DNA from: an uncultured candidatus Brocadiaceae bacterium
Lineage (GTDB): Bacteria > Planctomycetota > Brocadiia > SM23-32
Direction of reading: 5' to 3'
Length of the DNA stretch: 64,000 nt
Assembly (NCBI GenBank): GCA_964421565.1
Contig: CAYQXJ010000001.1
Coordinates: 192,241 to 256,240 of the forward strand
Positions 57,658 through 64,000 of the stretch are shown here, in pieces. Position 1 is the first letter of the stretch. Every line of letters starts with the position of its first letter. A program made the translations under genes and the position numbers. The notes under the pieces are model-generated. The model saw nothing but the letters and a program-made list of their open reading frames with translations. It did no database searches and was not told the DNA's origin.

Positions 57658-59094
57658 TCAGCGGGCGCCGTACTTGTCCAGCTTGCGGTACAGGGTGGCG
57701 CGGCTGAGCCCGAGCTTGCGAGCGGCCTTGCTGATGTCGCCTTCGCACTTGCGCACGGCGGCCAGGATGGCACGTTTCTCCACTTCCTTGAACGGTAGCA
57801 CCTCGTCGCTCTCCGGTGCGATGGCGGGGGCTTCGAGGGCCTCCTGGACGGCTTCCAGCGCTTTCTCCACGGCTATCTCCGGCACTTCGGCGTCGGCGGC
57901 CGCGGTGCGGATGCGTTCGGGGAAGAGCTCAGGGGTCACACGGTCGGTGGTGGCGAGCACGACGATGCGCTCGATGGTGTTGCGCAGTTCGCGCACGTTT
58001 CCGGGCCATTGATAGGCGAGCAGCAGTCGGACGGCTTCGGGCGAGAAGTCGATGAAGTACTTATAGTACTTGTCACACATCTCGCGCAGGAAGTGCTGGG
58101 CGAGGACGGCTATGTCCTCCGGCCGCTCGCGCAGGGCGGGGATGTGGATGGGCACCACGTTCAGCCGGTAGTAGAGGTCGTTGCGCAGGCGGCTCTTTTC
58201 CACCTCCTCCAGGGGGTCGCGGTTGGTCGCCGCGATGACACGGGTGTCGACCTGGATCTCGTCGGTGCCACCGACGCGCGTGAAGGTGTGATTTTGCAGG
58301 AAGCGCAGCAGCTTGGACTGCAGGCCCATGTCCATTTCACAGATCTCGTCCAGGAACAGCGTGCCGGAGTCTGCCCGCTCGCAACTGCCGAGCCGCAGTT
58401 TGTCGGCTCCGGTGAAGGAGCCTTTCTCGTGGCCGAACAGCTCGCTTTCGAGGAGGTCCTTCGGGATGGCGGCGCAGTTGACGGCGACAAATTCCCCTTC
58501 GCTGTGGGGGCTCAAGGTGTGGATGGCCCTGGCTACCATCTCCTTGCCCGTTCCGCTCTCACCCGTCAGCAGGACGGTGGCGTCGGTATTGGAGAGGCTC
58601 TTGATGGTAGCGAAGACGCTGTGGATGGCAGAGCTGACGCCGACCATTTCGCCGAGTTTGCCGCCGCCCTTGTTGTAGACGTCCATCAGGCGGTTCACCT
58701 GGACCATCAGCCGATGGCGTTCGGTCGCGGCCAGTAGCTTCGCCGGCAGTTTCTCGGCAGCGTCTTTCAGCGGCACCACGTCGTCAGCACGCTTCTTGAT
58801 GCATTCGACGACGGTCTCGACGGCCGGGTCCTCCCCCAGCACGATGACGGGCAGGTCGTGGTACTGGGCCAGCAACTTCTCCAGCAGTCCGTTCTCGCCG
58901 ACAGCTTGCTCGACGTCCATCAGTATGGCATCGGGCACCGCGTCTGCCATGGCCGTCATCAGCTCTTCGGGGTCGCTGCATACGAGTAGATCCAGTTCGA
59001 TGCCGCCCAGTTCATCTGGGACAGCGTCGACAACTCCCTCATCTTCTGCCAGCAGGCAGATGTGCAACACGTCATCTGATTCCACGGAAGTCAT
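57658..59094 (-). CDS. Sigma-54-dependent transcriptional activator (bEBP) with atypical N-terminal receiver-like domain
   Basis: 478 aa. AAA+ Walker A GESGTGKE, GSFTGA (GAFTGA variant), C-terminal Fis-type HTH. The N-terminal domain lacks the usual DD acidic pair. Confidence 0.85.
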   Translation of the reverse strand: MTSVESDDVLHICLLAEDEGVVDAVPDELGGIELDLLVCSDPEELMTAMADAVPDAILMDVEQAVGENGLLEKLLAQYHDLPVIVLGEDPAVETVVECIKKRADDVVPLKDAAEKLPAKLLAATERHRLMVQVNRLMDVYNKGGGKLGEMVGVSSAIHSVFATIKSLSNTDATVLLTGESGTGKEMVARAIHTLSPHSEGEFVAVNCAAIPKDLLESELFGHEKGSFTGADKLRLGSCERADSGTLFLDEICEMDMGLQSKLLRFLQNHTFTRVGGTDEIQVDTRVIAATNRDPLEEVEKSRLRNDLYYRLNVVPIHIPALRERPEDIAVLAQHFLREMCDKYYKYFIDFSPEAVRLLLAYQWPGNVRELRNTIERIVVLATTDRVTPELFPERIRTAAADAEVPEIAVEKALEAVQEALEAPAIAPESDEVLPFKEVEKRAILAAVRKCEGDISKAARKLGLSRATLYRKLDKYGAR

Positions 59095-59107
59095 TGTGTT
59101 TTTTTTC

Positions 59108-59482
59108 TCAAGGTTGCAGCATCTCTTCCACGCGCGCTACTGCCCGGCTGGGGCTAAACGGCTTGGTCATGTAGTCGTGCGCACCCGCTTCGTAGCCGCG
59201 CCGTCTGTCGGCCTCTTCGCCCTTCGCAGTAAGCATGACCACTCTTGTATCGGCGAGGTTCGGGTCTTCTCGAAGGCGGCGACAGACTTCGTAGCCATCG
59301 AGTTCCGGCATCATGATATCCAGGAAAACGATATCGGGTTGCTGCTCTTGCGCGATTTGTAGCGCTTCGATCCCGCTGCGCGCTTCCATAACCTGATAGC
59401 CCGCGCGCTTGAGCACGAAGCCCAACGAGCGCAGGATGTGCGGTTCGTCATCGACGATGAGTATCTTTTTCGCTGTGGCCAT
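59108..59482 (-). CDS. Single-domain response regulator (CheY-like)
   Basis: 124 aa. KKILIVDDE...IVFLDIMMP...VVMLTA...YMTKPF. Confidence 0.85.
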   Translation of the reverse strand: MATAKKILIVDDEPHILRSLGFVLKRAGYQVMEARSGIEALQIAQEQQPDIVFLDIMMPELDGYEVCRRLREDPNLADTRVVMLTAKGEEADRRRGYEAGAHDYMTKPFSPSRAVARVEEMLQP

Positions 59483-59522
59483 GTGTTGTGCGTCCGCCTG
59501 TGAGGCCGCGAGGCGCGCCTCG

Positions 59523-59864
59523 TCAGCCGGCCTGCAAGGCGGCCACGGCGTCCTGTTCGGACTCGGTGACGTCGAACACGCGCGTCAGTCGGGTGAGTTC
59601 GAAGATAGATCGGCAGAAGGCGGGGACCTCCGCCACGCGCAGGTCTCCCCCCTCGGCAGCCGCCCTACGCAGGCAACTGACCAGCACGCCGAGCCCCGCA
59701 CTGTCGATGAACTCCAGCCCGGCCAGGTTCAGCACCAATCTCGCGTTGCCCTTCTCGATGAGTTGGTGCAGGTCCTGCTTCACCTGCTCGGCGGAGACGG
59801 CGTCGAAGCGCCCCGATAGCTCCACGATCGTCACTTCATCCTGCTGTCGTATGTCTGCTATCAA
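59523..59864 (-). CDS. STAS-domain protein (anti-sigma factor antagonist, SpoIIAA-like)
   Basis: 113 aa. VLNLAGLEFIDSAGLGVLV with the conserved Ser in DSAGL. Confidence 0.8.
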   Translation of the reverse strand: MIADIRQQDEVTIVELSGRFDAVSAEQVKQDLHQLIEKGNARLVLNLAGLEFIDSAGLGVLVSCLRRAAAEGGDLRVAEVPAFCRSIFELTRLTRVFDVTESEQDAVAALQAG

Positions 59865-59973
59865 GGTCTACGTCCTCGCAAGGTTACGCAGGCACAACCC
59901 GCGCTGCAGCATAGCATCTTACCGATGCAAGCCGGTGGCTGTCAATCGTCCAGCCGCGGGGCCGTGGCCGCTG

Positions 59974-61308
59974 TCAGTGCCTCACACGGTCGAAGATCGC
60001 TTCGACGACTGCATCGTAGTCAGCGGGCAGTTGCACAGGAGGGTTCGCATAGCGGCTGCTGATGCTGGCGAGCCTTGACCAGTGGTAGTCAGCCTTGAAC
60101 TGGGGGAACTTCAGCCCGTGGGCGGTCGAGATAACCACCACGCGCTCGTCGCCATTGATATCCCCGCGTTCAGCCAGCTTGATCAGGGCTGCCAGGGCCA
60201 CGCCGGTGTGGGGATCGGTGAACAGCCCGCTGCGGTCGGAACGGGCGCACGCGTCGGCAAGTTCCTCTTCATCCGCTTGCTCTACAACACCATCGAAAGA
60301 CCTCAGAGTGCTTATGGCCTTCCAAATACTGACTGGATTCCCAATCTGTATCGCTGTTGCGAGCGTCTTGCGCGCCTGTTGGGGTTCGAACGCCTCGAAG
60401 TCCTTCAGGTAACTCATATACAGGGGGTTGGCTTGCGCGCTCTGTGCGCAGCATATGCGTGGCGTCCGCTCTACCAGGCCGAGGTCGAGCATCATATCGA
60501 AACCAAGGCCGAGTGCGCTTACATTGCCCAGATTGCCGCCGGGGATAATGACCCAATCTGGCACGTCCCAGCCGAGTTGTTGGCATATTTCAATTGCTAC
60601 CGTCTTCTGCCCCTCGATGCGGAGGCTGTTCATGGAGTTGGCCAGGTATATGCTCTGTTCGGAGCACACCTTCTGCACAAGCGCCATGCAGCCGTCGAAG
60701 TCGGTGTCGAGCGCCAGGGTCAGGGCGCCGTTCGAAACCGGTTGCACGAGCTGTGAGGGGCTGATCTTGCCCCTCGGCAGGAAGACGATGCTCGGTATGT
60801 TCGCGCGGGCGCAATAGGCCGCCAGGGCCGCCGAGGTGTCGCCCGTTGATGCGCAAGCAACGGCCGGGACGTCTTTGCCTTCGGCGCGCATCTGCTTCAC
60901 CATGCTGACCAGCACGGTGAGGCCCAGGTCCTTGAACGAGCCGGTGTGGGAGTTGCCGCAGAGCTTGACGTGGAGGTCCGGCACGCCGACCTCACGACCG
61001 AACCCTTCCACGCGCAGCAGGGGGGTGCGCCCTTCGGCCAGGCTGACGATGTTCCGTTCCTCGACACGCGGGCAGACCCATTCCCTCTTCGCCCACACGC
61101 CGCTGGCCAGGGGGCCAGACGGGACAGCCCAGCGTTCGGCGAAGGTCGCCCGCCAGTCCTCTGCGCTGCGCAGAGCCAGGGCCTCCTTGTCGTGGGTCAC
61201 TTCCAGCAGGCTCCCGCAGCGGCGGCAGAGATATACGATCTGGTCCAGCTCGTAACGCTCGTCACAGCCGGCAAAGCACTGGAACCAGGCTCGGTATTGG
61301 TTGGCCAT
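59974..61308 (-). CDS. thrC: Threonine synthase (long form with N-terminal zinc-ribbon)
   Basis: Start MANQYRAWFQCFAGCDERYELDQIVYLCRRCGS (alternative upstream start at 61389). PLP-lysine block GNSHTGSFKD. Confidence 0.85.
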   Translation of the reverse strand: MANQYRAWFQCFAGCDERYELDQIVYLCRRCGSLLEVTHDKEALALRSAEDWRATFAERWAVPSGPLASGVWAKREWVCPRVEERNIVSLAEGRTPLLRVEGFGREVGVPDLHVKLCGNSHTGSFKDLGLTVLVSMVKQMRAEGKDVPAVACASTGDTSAALAAYCARANIPSIVFLPRGKISPSQLVQPVSNGALTLALDTDFDGCMALVQKVCSEQSIYLANSMNSLRIEGQKTVAIEICQQLGWDVPDWVIIPGGNLGNVSALGLGFDMMLDLGLVERTPRICCAQSAQANPLYMSYLKDFEAFEPQQARKTLATAIQIGNPVSIWKAISTLRSFDGVVEQADEEELADACARSDRSGLFTDPHTGVALAALIKLAERGDINGDERVVVISTAHGLKFPQFKADYHWSRLASISSRYANPPVQLPADYDAVVEAIFDRVRH

Positions 61309-61442
61309 TGTGGTCTGTCGCCCGTTGAGGGGAGGGGAGGGCACTTCTTGTCGCGCTTTATTGTGCCTGTGTCGTGTGCTATAAGTCAAGGCTGCGTTCG
61401 GTGCTTCGGGCGCATTCTGGCTGACGGCCGGCGATCAGTCCC

Positions 61443-62348
61443 ATGTCTGCATGCAGGGAGGACGGACCCTTGAGCGAACGGATACCGGTTCTGCTGGACA
61501 CTGATATAGGTTCCGACATCGACGACGCTGTCTGCTTGGCGTACTTGCTGGCCCAGCCGCGATGCGAGTTGCTCGGAATCACAACCGTCAGCGGGCAACC
61601 GCTGAAGCGGGCGATGCTGGCCGACGCGATCTGTCGGGCGGCCGGGCGCAGCAACGTGCCGGTCCACAGCGGCTGTTCTCAGCCGGTTCTGCACACTCAG
61701 AGGCAGCCAGAAGCGCCGCAGGCCGAAGTGCTGGGTCATTGGCAGCACCGCGAGGACTTTGCGCCATCGGCCGCCGTTGAGTTCCTGAGGCAGATGATAC
61801 GCAGCCGCCCGGGCGAGTTGACGCTGCTGACCATCGGCCCGACGACGAATGCGGGATTGCTTTGCGCCCTTGATCCTGAAGCCGTCAGCTTGCTGAAGCG
61901 CATCGTGATGATGGCCGGCCAGTTCTTCACCGGTGGCCTGAAGGAGTGGAACATCGTCTGCGACCCCTACGCAGCACAAATGGTATTCAGCAGCCCCGCC
62001 CCGGAAATCGTGGCCTATGGACTGGACGTGACGAGGCAGTGTCAACTGTCGGCCGATGAGTGCCGACAGCGCATGCAGGGCAAGAGCTTCGAAGTTGTCC
62101 AGAATATGGCCGAGGTGTGGTTCCGCCGGCAGGAGAAGATCACGTTCCATGACCCGCTCGCGGCTGTCTGCATCTTTGAGCCGGACATCTGTAGCTACGA
62201 GGACGGTATGGTTGTCGTCGATCTGGAGCCTGGCGAGAACTTCGGGAGAACGTTGTTCGAGCCGAAAAAGGGCGGTGTGCACCGGGTCGCATCGCAGGTC
62301 GACTCCGACCGGTTTTTCGAGCACTACTTTGGTGTGACTTCGGCGTAG
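61443..62348 (+). CDS. Inosine-uridine preferring nucleoside hydrolase (IunH family)
   Basis: 301 aa. IPVLLDTDIGSDIDDAVCLAYLL (DxDxxxDD calcium/ribose motif). Confidence 0.85.
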   Translation: MSACREDGPLSERIPVLLDTDIGSDIDDAVCLAYLLAQPRCELLGITTVSGQPLKRAMLADAICRAAGRSNVPVHSGCSQPVLHTQRQPEAPQAEVLGHWQHREDFAPSAAVEFLRQMIRSRPGELTLLTIGPTTNAGLLCALDPEAVSLLKRIVMMAGQFFTGGLKEWNIVCDPYAAQMVFSSPAPEIVAYGLDVTRQCQLSADECRQRMQGKSFEVVQNMAEVWFRRQEKITFHDPLAAVCIFEPDICSYEDGMVVVDLEPGENFGRTLFEPKKGGVHRVASQVDSDRFFEHYFGVTSA

Positions 62349-62353
62349 GCCGC

Positions 62354-63454
62354 TCAATCGGCATCGGCCGCGCGAAGACGGGCGATCCCTTCTTTCAGGG
62401 CATGATAGGAAGGCTTCGGGTTTCCGTTGGTGTCCACCAGTCCCCAGGCGGTCTCGGCAGGGCAATCGGGTTTGCCGCATTGCCAGCACGTCGCCTGGTC
62501 TGCCCATCTGAAGTAGAATTGGCCCATGAGCTGGTGGCGGTGTTCTACGAACTGATCAAAGGCCTGCCGGATGAACTCGGCCTGGCCTTCTGGCGTGTGG
62601 CCAGGTCCCCAGGTATGGGGCCACCGGTGGCAACTGCACGTGATCTCGCCTTTCCGTCGGTCTTGATCGGTCATCACGCCGCCGGCGCTGGAGAACCCCC
62701 ATTCGTTGATAATGACCGGCGCCTGTGTCAGTTCCTCCAGTTCGTCCAGCATGGGGCCCCAGTCTTCGGGGCCTCCGGGTTGCCATGAGCCGTAGTAGCG
62801 GTCGATACCGCAGTAGTCCATGAGTCCGTCGGCGAAGAGCCGTCCGTAGAAGAAGTAGCTCTTGGTTCCTCCGGTCGGGTTGTGGCCGCACAGATAGGCG
62901 GCGTTGGCTGCCTTGAGGCCGCGGGTGCCCACGATGATGAAGTCGCACGCTTCCCGCAGGTTCATCGGGCCCGCGAACTGGTGCCAGTCGAGCTCGTTGC
63001 CGATCTGCCATGCCTGGACGACGCCGATCAGGTCCTCGCCCAGCCAGGCACAGGTCTCTTCGTAAGCCGTCAGGCACTGCTCTCCGCCGAGTTTCCCGAA
63101 CCACTCCGGCAGACGTCGGTGCCAGACGAGCTGCAGCTTCCCGTTCTGGTCCGGTTCCCAGAGCTTGGAGCCTGGGCCCGGGGTGACGCATAGGATCTTC
63201 ATGCCGCGGTCCGCCCACTCCTGCAGCTGCTCCTGGTGGCGCTTGTACCGATCACTGACGGCGCTGCCCGGCCCTCCTGCAAAGGGAACGGTCGAGCCAA
63301 GGCGCACCCATTCGATGCCTGCTTCCTTCATCATCGGGGCATCGTTCGGGTCACCCGGCGCTACGACACCCATCATTACGTCTTCCATCGGTTCCTCCCG
63401 GCGTCTATCATTCTCTGGGCCGGCCATGTTACGCAGAGGGAATGCTCCGCGCAA
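62354..63454 (-). CDS. Cytoplasmic glycoside hydrolase, clan GH-A-like TIM barrel (acid/base NEW motif)
   Basis: 366 aa, no signal peptide. VIINEWGFSS acid/base-type block. Family not assigned; start may be an internal Met. Confidence 0.5.
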   Translation of the reverse strand: MRGAFPLRNMAGPENDRRREEPMEDVMMGVVAPGDPNDAPMMKEAGIEWVRLGSTVPFAGGPGSAVSDRYKRHQEQLQEWADRGMKILCVTPGPGSKLWEPDQNGKLQLVWHRRLPEWFGKLGGEQCLTAYEETCAWLGEDLIGVVQAWQIGNELDWHQFAGPMNLREACDFIIVGTRGLKAANAAYLCGHNPTGGTKSYFFYGRLFADGLMDYCGIDRYYGSWQPGGPEDWGPMLDELEELTQAPVIINEWGFSSAGGVMTDQDRRKGEITCSCHRWPHTWGPGHTPEGQAEFIRQAFDQFVEHRHQLMGQFYFRWADQATCWQCGKPDCPAETAWGLVDTNGNPKPSYHALKEGIARLRAADAD

Positions 63455-63565
63455 GCGGGCAATGCCCGGCCTCGTAAGTGATGTTGAAAGACACCCCCCG
63501 GTTCTCGTAACCTGTCGGCGGTGGTTGATCGGAGGCGGGAATCTCCGGTGTCCGGGGGGGAGCCG

Positions 63566-64000
63566 ATGAGTTCAGGACAGCGTAGTTCCGCAACAGAGCT
63601 CGCAGCGCGCGTGTGCCGCAATGAGTCCCTGCCGACCGTGCCGGCGGTCGCCATGACGATCATGCAAAGATGCAAGGATGAAGATGTTGATATTCGCAAG
63701 CTGGCGTCCCTGGTCTCGTCCGATCCAGCCCTGGCAGCAAGAATATTGCGGCTCGCGAACTCCGCCGCGCTGTGCGGCCGACAGCAGATTAAGTCGGTTA
63801 GCAGTGCGCTGATGCGCCTGGGCCTGCGTCTGACGCACGCAACGGTGCTCGGCTTCGCACTTGCGGCAAACACTGACGCGATGGGCGAGTTCGATTCAGA
63901 GCATTTCTGGCGTTACGCACTGACCACTTCCCATGCGGCGCGGGAGATCTGCAAAGCCACAGGTTTTCTGGATCCCGATGATGCGTTCGCCGCCGGCCTG
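63566..64000 (+). CDS. HDOD-domain signalling protein (partial, continues past window end)
   Basis: MSSGQRSSATELAARVCRNESLPTVPAVAMTIMQ...DIRKLASLVSSDPALAARILRLANSA is the characteristic HDOD N-terminus. Confidence 0.7.
   Translation, partial: MSSGQRSSATELAARVCRNESLPTVPAVAMTIMQRCKDEDVDIRKLASLVSSDPALAARILRLANSAALCGRQQIKSVSSALMRLGLRLTHATVLGFALAANTDAMGEFDSEHFWRYALTTSHAAREICKATGFLDPDDAFAAGL

Overview
This is a high-GC (~65%) chromosomal fragment of about 57 tightly packed genes. Several use GTG/TTG starts, and several adjacent pairs have ATGA-type start/stop overlaps. The gene content is many formylglycine-type sulfatases, glycoside hydrolases, a sialate O-acetylesterase, a Tat signal and a small basic protein that I recall as an Sbp family member. 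That mix suggests a polysaccharide-degrading heterotroph of the Planctomycetota/Verrucomicrobiota type; this is inference only.

Contents from 5' to 3':
- a partial YjiK/SdiA-regulated-like gene
- an FKBP peptidyl-prolyl isomerase with a sulfatase C-terminal remnant overlapping its 3' end
- a carbohydrate block: sialate O-acetylesterase, a cytoplasmic Cys-type sulfatase, an alpha-galactosidase-like glycoside hydrolase and a sugar-phosphate isomerase
- a three-gene C30-type carotenoid oxidation module (aldehyde dehydrogenase plus two CrtI-family desaturases/oxygenases)
- a double-Cache histidine kinase plus receiver, divergent from a complete bidirectional NAD(P)-coupled [NiFe] hydrogenase operon hoxEFUYH-hoxW
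- a three-gene DNA-repair operon: LigD-type 3'-phosphoesterase domain, MBL-fold hydrolase, Fpg/Nei glycosylase
- a glycolipid-type cluster: GT2, a PHP-phosphoesterase fused to a GT4 N-domain, GT4 and PAP2
- converging on it, a complete Pho regulon: a Thr-nucleophile sulfatase-family enzyme, phoB, phoR, an OprP-like porin, pstSCAB and phoU
- a galactonate/2-keto-3-deoxy-sugar catabolic set: PfkB kinase, KDPG aldolase, enolase-superfamily dehydratase, Tat-secreted sulfatase, isomerase, Gfo/Idh/MocA oxidoreductase and clan GH-A hydrolases
- a second radical SAM protein (MqnC/CofH-like motif), an esterase, an APH-family kinase, an aminotransferase and a GH30 hydrolase
- a sigma54 activator, CheY and STAS module, threonine synthase, a nucleoside hydrolase and a partial HDOD gene

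The most unusual locus is at 41.6-43.6 kb. A 76-aa TTG-started lipoprotein-like peptide has an AGGAGG RBS and a Cys/Gly/Ser-rich repeat core (SCGxGSC). It sits 27 bp upstream of, and on the same strand as, a 543-aa radical SAM/SPASM enzyme. That enzyme carries a ~215-aa N-terminal extension containing a sigma-70 region-4-like (or RRE-like) winged helix. A hairpin separates the pair from the upstream sulfatase. This is a candidate peptide-maturase (RiPP-like) system; the alternative is an anaerobic sulfatase-maturating enzyme.

No rRNA, tRNA, CRISPR or transposase genes were recognised. The printed sequence has small formatting irregularities: line 25201 shows only 50 nt and there is a 1-nt offset near 23.8 kb. 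CDS coordinates follow the ORF track, and motif coordinates may be off by a few nt.
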